In this document: one piece after another, positions 18,724 through 29,855 of the stretch
Layout of the letters: every line of letters begins with the position of its first letter
Position numbering within the stretch: the first letter of the stretch is position 1
Assembly (NCBI GenBank): GCA_965208675.1
Contig: OZ242351.1
Location: 3,712,001-3,776,000 of the forward strand
Length of the DNA stretch: 64,000 nucleotides
Direction: 5' to 3'
DNA from: Candidatus Poribacteria bacterium
GTDB lineage: Bacteria; Poribacteria; WGA-4E; PCPOR2b
The notes under the pieces: model-generated
The model's database searches: none
What the model saw: only the letters and a program-made list of their open reading frames with translations
What the model was told of the DNA's origin: nothing
Made by a program: the position numbers and the translations under genes

Positions 18724-21700
18724 TCATTTGGAGTTGTATTCTGCCTCTAGCTTGATATTATTAGTGGGATTGTCGACAATGATGGTGTCTTTTAGGAATG
18801 CGTCCCAAGTTTGGCCGTTTAGCTTTACACAGCGCAAGCCCTTACCGCTGGGGCCGCGGACGTGTATCAGTAACCGACTAGGTTTACGCTGGGGGCACAG
18901 TTGGACATCACCTCGAATCGTCGTCTGATTCGGGTCTGCGGAAAAATGATAGGCCACCCGTCCAAAGTGGCTCGGTGCGTTTTCCACGCCGATGGGTTCG
19001 GGTTGTGCGAGCCATTTACGCGGCGTGGCTGGGGCAATATGGAGTGTCTCCTCTTCGTCTTCAAGAAGCATCAGGTTGCGCAAGAAATGGATGTAGTTGG
19101 AGCAGGCTTCCGAATGCGGCGAATCGCCCCCGCCCTTAATCCCTCGTCTCGGCGGAGTGAACTCGGTGTACTTGACGTTGAGACTTTGTACTTCGCTCCA
19201 ATCGTGCGTGGTGGAGCCGTTGGCCAAAAAGGCGTAGAACAGATTGGATGCACGATCCGGCTCGCCGCGATGAATGTAGCCCAACGCCAGATCGACAAAG
19301 ATATAGGGCCAAACCATTAACCCGCCAGTGGTGTGTCCGAGATATTCTCGAAACCGAAAGAAAGCGTCCATAAGCGGGTCGTGCGGTCCCATCACGCGGG
19401 AAGGATGGACGAGAATTCCGCCGAAAGCGGTTTCGAAGGTGCCCTCCTTTTGCGCTTCGCCGATTGCAACATTTGTAGGGATGGTGCCCGAAAAGTCGTT
19501 AAAGCGGACAAAACTCATTTCGATGGATCGATGAAGCGCCCGCTTCAGGTCTTCCGCCTGTTCCGCGTAGAAGGAAGCGTCTTGAGCCTTGTTTAACGCC
19601 CCCGCAGCTTTAGCCAACAACCGCAAACCCAGATATGCGAACGCATTGACGTAGAAACAGTGTCCGCCGCCGCCGCCTTCGCCGGACGATGGCGGCAGTA
19701 GTCCATATTCCGGCCTCTCAGGTTGGTTCAGGCGTTGACATTCTGCTTCTCTCATCCGGATAACCCAATCTGCGCCGCGAGTGAGGGAGCGATAGTTTTG
19801 CGCCAGCCATTCGTTATCTCCGCTCAACAGCCAGTACTCAAGCGCGCACCATAGCGTTTGACCTTGTGCATCGAACTGACGAGTCCGCGTTACCCAAATG
19901 CCGTCACGGCTAGGGTCGCCCGTACCCCACTGTCCTAGCGTCCATCGGGTACGAGGGAGCTCCTCCCGCGGCGTTAGTACGGTTTGAACCAGGGCGCGGT
20001 GTTCATCGAGAAATCCGGCATATCCCATCGCAATATTTTGGTAAGCGCAGTCTCTTATGGTGTGATCCCAGTAATAGAAAGGACCGCACATCATGAGCGG
20101 CAAATCCTTCGCGCCGAGGTACGTTTGATGGAGAACTAATGTTGCAAGGTGGTGGCGATATGTGGCTTCAACGACCGGTTCCGGGGTTATGAATCGGGTT
20201 GAAGACGCAATGAAACCGTTCCAATAGGATGAAACTCGGTCCAATGCCTCTTCCCAACGAATGTTTCGGGCGCTCTTTTCTTGTTCAAGCCAGAGTGTTC
20301 GTGGTTTGGGGCCGTAGATTGCGTATTCGCCCGGGTTGCGATCAGGCGGCACATCTTCGCCATAGTCCGCCGGGTTATCGGGGTAGCGCGGTTCAAGATG
20401 CACGCGCCAACTTTCACCAGTGTCATACGGGTGATAGGGATTACCGTAAGGCGCCGGTTCCGGACGGTCGATTGCCGGGACTCGCAATAGGTATTGGCGC
20501 TCTTCACCGTGTTGCAACGTGGGCGTATAGTGTAAGCGTTGGGAAAACGCAGTGAGGTCGACACCGAACGAATCGCGCAATCCCGAAATACCATCGTTGA
20601 AATCACGGCCAACGTCCATCTCGTAGCGAAGCAGCGCACCTATCATTTCTTGCGCGTCGGCTTCCGACTTCAATTCGCGCAGGAACGCCCCGGGGCCGCC
20701 CGCGTGGTGTTCGGAATCGATGATAAATTCGCCAATAGTTCCATCAACGTCAGCCTCAATCACGTCGGGTGTGAGTTCGACATCCGTTTTGTAGGCGCGA
20801 ATCCAACTGAGCATGGCGGGCTGACGCGACTCTGGCGTCGATCGAACCGAAATTTTGATGTATCCATCCCCGTCCGTATCTTCTCCGACGAACCGCTGAA
20901 CAACGTGTTTCAACCGTTCTAATTTAAGTTTTTGCGGGTTCGGATCGCCCTCGACTGACGCGATTATCTCTCTGGGCAATGGGGTATGCAGGTCACGGAT
21001 GTCCGGTTCCATCTTATCGTAGGGTTCATCCCAATTGGGGGTAGTGATGTTCGGGACGCCGCTGTAGCCGAGGAACACTTGAAGTTGCTCGCCCTTGTCA
21101 ACCTTCATCACGTATTCGATCGGGGTGCCGTACCACCCGTTCCGGTGCCGCAGCCATATTGTGGTTCGCGGAGCATCGTGCTCCCAGGGTGCGGCGGGCG
21201 TGGTGCGGGGATCGACGCAGCCGATCGGGCGTGCGATTCGCTCGGTTGGCACGACAGGATCCATAATAACCATCGGCTTGCCGCGGTCGGAGAATAGGCC
21301 GTCTTCCGCTTTCAGGGACGGTGCGCCGTCGAGCGTCACAATTAGTTTTCCTTTTTCCGGTTCGCTGGCTGTGTTCTTGAGTGAAATAGCGTAAAGGTCG
21401 AACGGCTGCGGGTCATTTGGGACCACAATGACGGAGACGCTGTAATGCACCCCTTGATGGTCCCATTGGTTAATACAGCCCGGCATCCAGCCGCCGGGGG
21501 ATTCCTGTTTGAAATTGTCGAGGACGTAGGGGAAAACCTCTGTTCCGTCGTCCGATAACAAGCCGAAACGCAGGTCAAATTCGCTATACCGGGCTTGCAT
21601 CAAGTAACTGAATGGCAACGGAACGGTGCCGGGAATTCCAATCGTGGTTTGGTTGTTGATTGGTGCGTGGCGTCCGAGATTCGCCTCGTAGAAGGTCGTC

Positions 21701-21810
21701 TGATAATCGAGGGGTTCGTAACCAAACCGCTCTCTCTGCGCATCGTTGGGCGGCGGCGAAACACGAGTTCCCCAAGTTTCGCTAGTGTCGACTTTTTTTT
21801 CATGTTCCAT
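18724..21810 (-). CDS. Large putative glycoside hydrolase with six-hairpin (alpha/alpha)6 domain
   Basis: YYWDHTIRD, QFDAQGQTLW...EYWLLSGDNEWL, GLLP, GDSPH, LHIAPATPRKWL, APSHFG resemble GH15/63/65/78-like barrels; GAGGA SD before ATG 21810. Confidence 0.6.
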   Translation of the reverse strand: MEHEKKVDTSETWGTRVSPPPNDAQRERFGYEPLDYQTTFYEANLGRHAPINNQTTIGIPGTVPLPFSYLMQARYSEFDLRFGLLSDDGTEVFPYVLDNFKQESPGGWMPGCINQWDHQGVHYSVSVIVVPNDPQPFDLYAISLKNTASEPEKGKLIVTLDGAPSLKAEDGLFSDRGKPMVIMDPVVPTERIARPIGCVDPRTTPAAPWEHDAPRTTIWLRHRNGWYGTPIEYVMKVDKGEQLQVFLGYSGVPNITTPNWDEPYDKMEPDIRDLHTPLPREIIASVEGDPNPQKLKLERLKHVVQRFVGEDTDGDGYIKISVRSTPESRQPAMLSWIRAYKTDVELTPDVIEADVDGTIGEFIIDSEHHAGGPGAFLRELKSEADAQEMIGALLRYEMDVGRDFNDGISGLRDSFGVDLTAFSQRLHYTPTLQHGEERQYLLRVPAIDRPEPAPYGNPYHPYDTGESWRVHLEPRYPDNPADYGEDVPPDRNPGEYAIYGPKPRTLWLEQEKSARNIRWEEALDRVSSYWNGFIASSTRFITPEPVVEATYRHHLATLVLHQTYLGAKDLPLMMCGPFYYWDHTIRDCAYQNIAMGYAGFLDEHRALVQTVLTPREELPRTRWTLGQWGTGDPSRDGIWVTRTRQFDAQGQTLWCALEYWLLSGDNEWLAQNYRSLTRGADWVIRMREAECQRLNQPERPEYGLLPPSSGEGGGGGHCFYVNAFAYLGLRLLAKAAGALNKAQDASFYAEQAEDLKRALHRSIEMSFVRFNDFSGTIPTNVAIGEAQKEGTFETAFGGILVHPSRVMGPHDPLMDAFFRFREYLGHTTGGLMVWPYIFVDLALGYIHRGEPDRASNLFYAFLANGSTTHDWSEVQSLNVKYTEFTPPRRGIKGGGDSPHSEACSNYIHFLRNLMLLEDEEETLHIAPATPRKWLAQPEPIGVENAPSHFGRVAYHFSADPNQTTIRGDVQLCPQRKPSRLLIHVRGPSGKGLRCVKLNGQTWDAFLKDTIIVDNPTNNIKLEAEYNSK

Positions 21811-21878
21811 ATTTTGTCCTCGCTTGCGTGGGGGGTTGAGATTTGCTACCGATGTATTGGATTTCAATCGCAGTCACT

Positions 21879-22017
21879 AGAAAATTATCGCCCTCGCCAT
21901 TCGCTCAATATATCGTTGGGTTGCGCTACGTTCTTGTTCGAGTTGATGCAGTATCGCATAAGTGGGTTCAACTGGAGTGGGAGACATATTTAATTGAATC
22001 CGCGTTACCCAACCTAC
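21879..22017. repeat. Degenerate tag fused to a half REPIN
   Basis: AAAATTATCGCCCTCGCCATTCGCTCAATATATC followed directly by GTTGGGTTGCGCTAC...TTACCCAACCTAC. Confidence 0.7.
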
Positions 22018-22033
22018 ATTGCTACGTTACTCA

Positions 22034-23446
22034 TTACTTACCCACGGCGTTGAGCATGTCGGAGAGATTTACGAACTTGTCACGGACTTTTCCTGCTTTT
22101 TTTCCGTTCTCGGTCTCTAGGGAATCCAGTCTCTTCCAGTCTGCGAATGTCAGATAGACGATGTTTCTGGAACTCAAGAGCCGTTCGACGGCTTCCGGCT
22201 GCATATTTTCGGTTACCGGCGCGACTTTACCGTCAATATCCTCCATCATGCAGCGGACGGTCTCGGAAGAATCCGGCTTGTTGTCACCCACGAGTCCTGA
22301 AGGGCCGCGCTTCATCCAACCCACCACGTACTGTCCCGGTACGAATTTCCGGGTCTTGGGATCGATTACACGACCTCGTTCATTCGGGATAATTCCCCAT
22401 TTCTCATGAAAGGGAACACCCGGCAGCGGGACGCCGTGATATCCGACGGATCGGAAGACGGCGCCGCACGAGAGTGTTTCGTATTCATCGGTTCCGCGAG
22501 GCCGGAGGTTACCCTTGTCATCTTTATAAAGCGCATTTTTCTCAATCTTGACGCTGGCCACCTGTCCATTTTCCCCCGTAATTTCTACCGGCGAACGAAG
22601 TAGTCGAAGGAAGACCTTTTTTGGATTCGTCCCCAGCCCTTCACCGGACTTTTCTGTTAGGTATGTGACATTCTGCCGCGTCTGTTTGCTGTCGTCCAGT
22701 AGTTTTCTGGAGTCCTCATCAAGCGCAACATCTGCGGGGTCGACAACCAAGTCTACTCCGCTGAGCGCCCCGATTTCTTTTATTTCCTTCGGCGTGAAAG
22801 CTGCTTGTGCGGCGCCCCGGCGGCCGAGAATCACAATCTCCTTTACGCGGCTCTTCCGCAGGGATTCCAGAGCGTAGTCCGAAATATCAGTCTTTGCCAA
22901 CTCATCGGGCGACTTTGCGAGGACGCGCGCCACGTCCATTGCCACGTTTCCTATACCCACGACGACTACGCGCTCATGATCCAGATTAAAGTGTGCATCC
23001 ACGTAATCGGGGTGCCCGTTATACCATGCGACAAACGCTGTCGCGGTGTAGCTGCCTTCAAAAGATTCACCGGGAATATTGAGTCTTCGGTCTGTTTCAT
23101 TTCCGACTGCAAATACAATCTGATCGTAGTGCGCCGTGAGGTCCTCCGCTTGCAGATCGCGTCCGAACTGGACGTTACCGAAGAAACGAAAACGCGGATG
23201 CGCGGCAGTGCGCTCATACACCCGAATCACATTCTTGATTTTTTGGTGATCTGGTGCTACCCCAAACCGAACAAGACCATACGGGGTAGGTAGCCGGTCA
23301 AAGATGTCGACATCAACAGCAACGTCTTCTTGTTGGAGCAGCGCTTCTGCCGCATAAAAACCGGAAGGTCCCGATCCGACGATGGCGGTTCGTAGCGGTC
23401 TTCGCTCACTGCCCACAGGGTACTGATGATTTGTTGCCTCGGTCAT
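22034..23446 (-). CDS. Ferredoxin/adrenodoxin-NADP+ reductase (FprA-like)
   Basis: IVGSGPSGFY, PYGLVRFGVAPDH, GIGNVAMDVAR, GWMKRGPSG; AGGAG SD before ATG 23446. Confidence 0.92.
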   Translation of the reverse strand: MTEATNHQYPVGSERRPLRTAIVGSGPSGFYAAEALLQQEDVAVDVDIFDRLPTPYGLVRFGVAPDHQKIKNVIRVYERTAAHPRFRFFGNVQFGRDLQAEDLTAHYDQIVFAVGNETDRRLNIPGESFEGSYTATAFVAWYNGHPDYVDAHFNLDHERVVVVGIGNVAMDVARVLAKSPDELAKTDISDYALESLRKSRVKEIVILGRRGAAQAAFTPKEIKEIGALSGVDLVVDPADVALDEDSRKLLDDSKQTRQNVTYLTEKSGEGLGTNPKKVFLRLLRSPVEITGENGQVASVKIEKNALYKDDKGNLRPRGTDEYETLSCGAVFRSVGYHGVPLPGVPFHEKWGIIPNERGRVIDPKTRKFVPGQYVVGWMKRGPSGLVGDNKPDSSETVRCMMEDIDGKVAPVTENMQPEAVERLLSSRNIVYLTFADWKRLDSLETENGKKAGKVRDKFVNLSDMLNAVGK

Positions 23447-23992
23447 ACTAAAACTCCTAAAAAACAATAGCTTAATTTTATGGTCAATTCCATTCACGTT
23501 TACGCAAAATACGGTGGGTGCGGTTTCCAACTGCGCTTATAAAATTTGATAAAAACCGGTTCGGCTAGAAAACCCAACTTACTGCGGTGTGAAAAAAATA
23601 ATGGGTTCAACTATTTTAATCAACTCTCACACGCCGGTCAACGGTAATCTTAGCACGTTTGTATTGGGTTCTGTTGCGCTTTGGCAAATTGAAGCATCGC
23701 CAATCCGAGAGTTTTTGGGCAGTTACAAGACCTGCCGATACAATTTTTTGGCGAATTACACGGTCGTTTGTTGCATTGGCAGCACCAAAATGTCAACACG
23801 CTCTATTCACGAGGATGGTTTACACATTGTGCTGGAATCAATTAGGGCTTGGAAAACTAAATCGACAGATATGGAGCAGTGGTATCCATATATTACTGAG
23901 TTACGGAAACAGCGTTTTGAAGAAAAAAACTCTGTTTCAAGTTACATTCTGCGCGGCTTACACGGCTACCTTGTGTTAGAGAAGCTAACGCA

Positions 23993-24883
23993 TCAAACCT
24001 CAAATCGAAGCAATCGTTTTTGCGCGTAAGCAGGTAAGTTCCGTGTCGGCGGTTCATGCAAATAGCCGACAGGTGAACAGATTGCGGTGACACTGCCAAC
24101 CTGCTGATGGAACGGGAAATGGGAGTGACCAAAGAGCGCATGGGTGACAAGCGTTTCGTTTTGGCAGATTTCACCTAGCCCCTGACTGCCCATGAATGCA
24201 CTAAAGAAATCCCACGGGAGTTTGCCGCGATAGCGCACGCAGGCCTGAAATGGAACGTGGTGGGTGACCACAACGATACGGCGAACTGAATCCTTAATTG
24301 TATTAATCTGACTTTGCAGTTCATTTTCAAATCGTTGTGCGACTTCAAGGTCATCCGTTCCCCACTTTGCGTATTTCAAATCGTTCCATACCGCCCCAAA
24401 CAGTTGTTTTGCGGTGTATCTCCCTATCGGAATCTTATACGATTCCTTTCGAAAAGAGTAGTCGTACCATCCGATTGTCCCGCAAACCCCAACGTCGTTA
24501 ACAACAAGCGGGTCGGCAGTGAGCGGGTGGAAACCGCACTCGCGGCAAACCGTCTCGATGGCACAATATTTTTGCTGACTGGTGACATGTGGGCGTTCGG
24601 TAACCCAAATATCGTGATTGCCTGGCACGAACAACTTTGGACAAGCAAGACCTGATTCGGAGAATTCGGCAAGAATCTTGGCGAGTTCAAGCAGATTGGC
24701 AGAGAGATCGCCGGCTAGGACGAATATGTCCAATTTTGCGACTTCAGCCGCCTCAACGATATAAGGGAGTATCTGCTTATTCAGCGGGGAGGCATCGACA
24801 TGAAGATCCGAAATGAGACCGATTTTCATGGGTTTCAAAATCGGCTGATTATGATATGTAGTTGGGTTAGGTTCACCGGGCAA
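23993..24883 (-). CDS. Calcineurin-like metallophosphoesterase (start may be ATG 24829)
   Basis: SDLH, AGDL, PGNHD, THHVP, GHSH motifs. Confidence 0.9.
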   Translation of the reverse strand: MPGEPNPTTYHNQPILKPMKIGLISDLHVDASPLNKQILPYIVEAAEVAKLDIFVLAGDLSANLLELAKILAEFSESGLACPKLFVPGNHDIWVTERPHVTSQQKYCAIETVCRECGFHPLTADPLVVNDVGVCGTIGWYDYSFRKESYKIPIGRYTAKQLFGAVWNDLKYAKWGTDDLEVAQRFENELQSQINTIKDSVRRIVVVTHHVPFQACVRYRGKLPWDFFSAFMGSQGLGEICQNETLVTHALFGHSHFPFHQQVGSVTAICSPVGYLHEPPTRNLPAYAQKRLLRFEV

Positions 24884-24891
24884 GCGTAGCG

Positions 24892-26319
24892 CTACATGGA
24901 TTGAGATTCAATCTGGTCGAGTAATTCAGCGAGGAATGTGCCTAAGCCGCTATCTTCTTGAGGCTGCTGCTGTTGTGCTTGCAGGGTTTTGCGGAGCGCT
25001 TGTATTGAAACACTATCACCAATCTTGGCAATGGCATCAACCAAAGTCAGTTTAATGGTTGCATCCGTGGAGAGTCTCAGCGCGTCAATTAACACGTTTC
25101 GCGCTTTGTCTCCACCGATATTACCGAGCGCCGACGCTGCGATGTCTTTGACACTGGCATCGCCGCCCTTAAAAGCTGTGATGAGGGCATCGACAGCGGG
25201 GGCGCCGATCTGACTGAGGGTGAGGCCTGCCTGAAAACGCACCCCTGGAATTTCCTCACCATCCTCCATCACAGCGATTAAATCTGCGATAGCGGACGAG
25301 GGTTTGAGGTTTCCCAGAATGGAGAGGCAAGCACGTCGAATTTCTTGATCCGGTTCGACGACACGCTTGATATATTTTTTTGCCAACTCCACCATTCGCT
25401 CTGTATTTACTTTCTGGTGGAGTGCTACGGATCTGTGCCGAAATTGTGTACCGAATGGATCTGTAAGAACCGCCCGATTTTCCTCAAGATCGACTGTGAC
25501 TAGCCCCTGAATTTCTGCGGATTCACGTTGATGCTGAGGCAATTCATCTGCCGGAAGCTCGTCTGTACCCGCCTGCCGGAATTGCTGCAATAAATTATCC
25601 AGATGCCCCAGTGTCACGAGGCGTTCCAGTGATTTGGCGGCGGGTTTCCGCAAAGAGATTTCCGGGCTATTTTCAAGGATTTCTGTTAAGTCGTCCACCG
25701 CCTGTGCATCGCCCAGATTTCCGAGGGCAATGACCGCTGCGATTTTCACGCCGATGAGTTCGGTTGTCCGGAATTTTACTTTGGAATCGTATTTGGCGAA
25801 TTCACGCATTGCTTCCTTGTAGTCCTTAATTGTTTTGATGTTTCGCTCATCAATGACGCTTTTGATGGTATCATTAACTTTGATATTGGCTATATCAGCG
25901 GGGCTCCCCGGTTCGATTTTACTGACCTGATTCCCATTGACCGTCAAGCCGACCTTATCGCCCGTTCTTCGGACTGCCATGCGAATGTCTCTGCCGTCCG
26001 TTAACTTCAGGATAAAATTATTGTCGTCTTTCATCGCCTTTTTCTCATCGTAGTCACCGATTTCGTTGATGGATCGTTCGCCAATTACGTAGGTGATCAG
26101 TTCGCCGGGTTCTAATTTCGCCCTGGCTGCGGAACCGTTTTCCTTGACATCAATAATTACTACCCCGGTTGTTGACCACCGGTTATCGAGGTCGCTGTCC
26201 AACTGCTGGACTTCCATTTGAAGTCGATTATCGTAGTAACGATTTTCTCCTGCGCAGCCAATCGCAAACAGACAGATTAGCGTGCTTAAAAGCACGTAAA
26301 ATTGTATTTTCCGATTCAT
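24892..26319 (-). CDS. Lipoprotein with PDZ-like domains and HEAT repeats
   Basis: Lipobox FAIGC; V.ENGSAARAKL.PG and IEPGSPADIA PDZ motifs; ALGNLGD..AV HEAT repeats. Confidence 0.7.
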   Translation of the reverse strand: MNRKIQFYVLLSTLICLFAIGCAGENRYYDNRLQMEVQQLDSDLDNRWSTTGVVIIDVKENGSAARAKLEPGELITYVIGERSINEIGDYDEKKAMKDDNNFILKLTDGRDIRMAVRRTGDKVGLTVNGNQVSKIEPGSPADIANIKVNDTIKSVIDERNIKTIKDYKEAMREFAKYDSKVKFRTTELIGVKIAAVIALGNLGDAQAVDDLTEILENSPEISLRKPAAKSLERLVTLGHLDNLLQQFRQAGTDELPADELPQHQRESAEIQGLVTVDLEENRAVLTDPFGTQFRHRSVALHQKVNTERMVELAKKYIKRVVEPDQEIRRACLSILGNLKPSSAIADLIAVMEDGEEIPGVRFQAGLTLSQIGAPAVDALITAFKGGDASVKDIAASALGNIGGDKARNVLIDALRLSTDATIKLTLVDAIAKIGDSVSIQALRKTLQAQQQQPQEDSGLGTFLAELLDQIESQSM

Positions 26320-26422
26320 CGTGTTCCCTTTCCGAAAATAGAGGTATCCGCCAAAGCTCTTGGCTTGAAATCTGGAGGTTGGCGGGTTTTGCAGATAACC
26401 GCGGCGTCATGAGACAATTTGG

Positions 26423-27319
26423 CTATCTCAACTTGGCAACAACTTCTCGGCTGCCTTGTTCACCCAAAACATCCAACAGGGGCTTAACGGCTTTTTCATC
26501 TCCCAATTTTTCTAACGCTTGAATTGCGTCAACTCGCATTGCAGAACCCTTGTTTTCGACGATTTGGACTAACTCTTGTACGGCAGAGCCGCCAATTTTG
26601 CCTAATGCTTCAACTGCGAGCCGCCGTACTTCGGAAGCTTCTCTATCTTTCTTGCGTTTGGCTGACCCGGAGTTGATTACCGTCACTAGCATTGGGATGG
26701 CACGCTCATCACCAATTTCACCGAATGCTTTGACTACATTCAGGCGTGTTTCCATCCGTTTGTAATCCATCAATTCTTCTAGAATAGGCATAATTGTGTC
26801 TGGATCTTGCTTTGCGATTGACCCCATTACCAACTGCGCATCATGCCGGTCACGATTGTCTTTGGATTTAATGGCTTTTTTTAGCGCTTTGAGAAGGTCA
26901 TTCCGATCCCCTTGCGTGTAAACGAGATTGAGCGCTTCGAGCGCCGCTTCTTGCACTTCGCGCGATTGGTGCCTTAAGGTCTCGAACACGAGGATTTCTA
27001 AGTATTTGCGCTTATCGTTCTGGTAGGCGATAAACATATGCTTGCCTCGTTCTTTAATAGAGGCTTTCTTTATGGCTTGTGTTTGGTCTTCAGCATAGAA
27101 GTCCTCAGAATCGTAATGTCCGAGAAGGTAGTGCGCTTCGGCGTTATCGGGCTCTTCTACAATTGCCGTTTTAAATCGCTCAACGGCGCGCGCTTCCTTA
27201 TTCCGTTTTTCCGACTTGATGAGCTCTTTTCCTTTCGCCAGGTTTTCGTTTTGGCTGCCGCAACCAATCAAAAGAATCCCAACTGGTATGAGGCACAGCT
27301 TGAAAAGTGTTTTGATCAT
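26423..27319 (-). CDS. Lipoprotein with TPR-like N-terminus and HEAT repeats
   Basis: Lipobox LLIGC; PDNAEAHYLLG; AFGEIGDERAIPML, ALGKIGG, ALEKLGDEKAV. Confidence 0.72.
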   Translation of the reverse strand: MIKTLFKLCLIPVGILLIGCGSQNENLAKGKELIKSEKRNKEARAVERFKTAIVEEPDNAEAHYLLGHYDSEDFYAEDQTQAIKKASIKERGKHMFIAYQNDKRKYLEILVFETLRHQSREVQEAALEALNLVYTQGDRNDLLKALKKAIKSKDNRDRHDAQLVMGSIAKQDPDTIMPILEELMDYKRMETRLNVVKAFGEIGDERAIPMLVTVINSGSAKRKKDREASEVRRLAVEALGKIGGSAVQELVQIVENKGSAMRVDAIQALEKLGDEKAVKPLLDVLGEQGSREVVAKLR

Positions 27320-27448
27320 TTTAGACTCCAGGTCCGTAAAGTGAAACATTAGGTATTTCGAATTAGGGGTCAGAATTTGCCGTCAAACGACAATCCGTTA
27401 CCGACTCAAACTGGGCGGCCTTTCATAGACTCATTGCCGCGATATGTA

Positions 27449-29827
27449 TTACTGTAGGCTGACAGCGATGCCGCTATCAGTAGGTTGCCGATTTTGACCG
27501 ATTCGCAGTTGGCGTTCCGCATCCACTACGTCTCGATTGATTTTATCAATACACCGGCCGAGCTTGTCCAATAGCGCGGTGTGCCCGACCATCGCCCGGC
27601 GCATCTGTCTAAGGAGATCGATGACTAGGCGAAACGAGCGGACAAAATCGCCGTCAGCTAAGTTCACATATTGGTGAAGGTCTTCAAATTCACAACCTTG
27701 GCTCCACGCGAGGATGGCGGTACTCAATTTCGATTCCAGCTTGGGAATCTCATCGACTACGCGATGCTTCCGTTCCAAGGTTTGAACGTACTCGAATTCG
27801 CTGTCAACTTCCCGCAACATCTGTATTAATCGTTTGTCTTTCAGCTTCCGATAGTGATGAAGGTCCTTTCTCGATTCACAAACAATCGCCATGATGATTA
27901 CATTGATTTGGTCTTCAACTGCGTCTTCAAAGAATCCCCTGAAAAGCAACTGGGTAATTTGAATTTCGTAACCGTAGATTTGGGAAGCAGCACGTCCTTT
28001 GGGTAGTAGTCCGGAACCATCAATGTAGCCGAGTTTTTCGAGCACTTTCAGTCGGTTGGCAATCTGGTTTCGTTGATAATTCTTGTAATATTCCCTCCGA
28101 TCCTGGAGGTCACGTATGTGGTCGGCGGATTTCTCAATTTTTTGGTGCCGGGCGAGGCACACTTTTAGCTGAACACATTCGCAGCAGAGATTTTCACGTT
28201 TCGTGGATTCAATACTCCGAAGCTGGCGCTTAATACGTGTAAGTTTTTTCAATCGCAGTTTCTGACTTCCTCGTCCGCGTTGTTTTCGCTTTACCTCCGC
28301 GCGTTCCGTTCTCAAGCGGTGCGAACCTTCTTCAAGGCGTTCTAAGAGACGATTATAACCGCTGATTTGTTCGGTCGCATCAATGCCCTCATGAATACAC
28401 ACGGGGTGCGGCAGCCGCGTGAATGTGCGCTTTAGACCTTTCAGTTCTAACTCAATATCGCCGATTCGCTCGTAGTTCTGGAAATTACTCAGGCTTGAGG
28501 TACAGACATCATAAATTTCATCGCCGTATTTTTCATATAGGTTCAGTATACTTGAGTATGATAGATTAAACTGACTTTCGATGGGTTCAATTTTATCGGA
28601 GATGATACGCTGAATCTGATCGACATCTGCAAATCTTGGATTGACTCGCGCATAAACATAACCGACGGTATCGATTCCACGACGTCCTGCCCGCCCCGCC
28701 ATCTGGTGGTATTCGCGCGCTTTCAGATATCGAAAATTAACGCCATCGTACTTTTCTAGGCTGTCGAAGACGGCAGTGCACACCGGCATATTGATTCCGA
28801 CAGCGAACGTCTCCGTTGTAAAAAGAAGTTGAATCCGTCCAGATGCAAACAGGTGTTCAACCACCTCTTTTAGGGTCGGCAGCATACCAGCATGGTGATA
28901 TACTACGCCTTTTGAGACTAGATACCGAAACTCCTCAATGTTTTTTTCACCATGAATGTTGTACCGTGCGCAGAGCGAATCGAACACGCGAAGGATTTCA
29001 TCGCGATCTTTAGGAGACAAAAAACTGTGGTTGGCATAATATTCGGCGTTTTTCTCGCACCCTTTACGGCTAAAACAGAAAAAGAGGCAAGGGAGTTGCC
29101 CCTTCTTCTGAATATGCTGAATTAGGTCGGCGCGAATAATCTCGGGATATTTGGACGCGGCAATTTCGTCCACAGCTTGATTGTGAAATCCTGCGTATGC
29201 AATCTCCTCCTGAATTCCGCGAAGATTGCCGAAATTTCCAATTCCGTAACCCTCAAGGTAAAGGCGGTGTTGCAACGGTACTGGGCGTTCAAGATCTTCA
29301 ACAATCTCCATTTTTCCATCACGAACACTTCGCATCCATTCCGCAAATTGATGGATGTTCGGAATGGTTGCGCTCAAGCAGACAAATTTGATGTGTTGGG
29401 GTGCGAAAATGATGCTCTCTTCCCAAACCGTTCCGCGCTCAATATCATTGATATAGTGAATTTCATCGAAGATGACATATTCGATGCCATCTAAGCGGGT
29501 GATGTCATCAAAGATGGCATTCCGAAAAATTTCGGTCGTCATGAGTAACACTTGCGCCGATGCATTGAGCGTTACATCGCCTGTGACGATTCCGATGGCA
29601 TCTCCGTATTGTTGATAAAAATCGCGGTACTTCTGATTACTTAAGGCTTTAATCGGAGCAGTATAGATGACGCTGCGTCCCAGCCGAATACACTTTTCAA
29701 CAACATATTCGGCAATTACAGTTTTGCCGGCTCCCGTTGGCGCGGTGACGATGACGGAATGGTTTTGATCTACTGCATAGATGGCTTCCTCTTGAAACCG
29801 GTCTAGCTTGAGCCCTTTATAAATCAT
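27449..29827 (-). CDS. Ski2/HelY-like DExH RNA helicase
   Basis: APTGAGKT, PIKALSNQK, DEIH, SAT, HHAG, QMAGRAGRRG, C-terminal DSHCT-like GDFVR. Confidence 0.92.
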   Translation of the reverse strand: MIYKGLKLDRFQEEAIYAVDQNHSVIVTAPTGAGKTVIAEYVVEKCIRLGRSVIYTAPIKALSNQKYRDFYQQYGDAIGIVTGDVTLNASAQVLLMTTEIFRNAIFDDITRLDGIEYVIFDEIHYINDIERGTVWEESIIFAPQHIKFVCLSATIPNIHQFAEWMRSVRDGKMEIVEDLERPVPLQHRLYLEGYGIGNFGNLRGIQEEIAYAGFHNQAVDEIAASKYPEIIRADLIQHIQKKGQLPCLFFCFSRKGCEKNAEYYANHSFLSPKDRDEILRVFDSLCARYNIHGEKNIEEFRYLVSKGVVYHHAGMLPTLKEVVEHLFASGRIQLLFTTETFAVGINMPVCTAVFDSLEKYDGVNFRYLKAREYHQMAGRAGRRGIDTVGYVYARVNPRFADVDQIQRIISDKIEPIESQFNLSYSSILNLYEKYGDEIYDVCTSSLSNFQNYERIGDIELELKGLKRTFTRLPHPVCIHEGIDATEQISGYNRLLERLEEGSHRLRTERAEVKRKQRGRGSQKLRLKKLTRIKRQLRSIESTKRENLCCECVQLKVCLARHQKIEKSADHIRDLQDRREYYKNYQRNQIANRLKVLEKLGYIDGSGLLPKGRAASQIYGYEIQITQLLFRGFFEDAVEDQINVIIMAIVCESRKDLHHYRKLKDKRLIQMLREVDSEFEYVQTLERKHRVVDEIPKLESKLSTAILAWSQGCEFEDLHQYVNLADGDFVRSFRLVIDLLRQMRRAMVGHTALLDKLGRCIDKINRDVVDAERQLRIGQNRQPTDSGIAVSLQ

Positions 29828-29855
29828 CTATGATTCCCCGGTGTTGCACGCCATG

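Noticed and set aside
18443-18928. 161-aa ORF beginning MKTIALTIRSVD
   Set aside because: It runs through tag and REP repeats and antisense to the glycosidase; not a credible gene. The same applies to 7844-8041.
23589-24029. 146-aa plus-strand ORF
   Set aside because: No recognisable motif or SD, starts beside a REP and overlaps the phosphoesterase end; unsupported.
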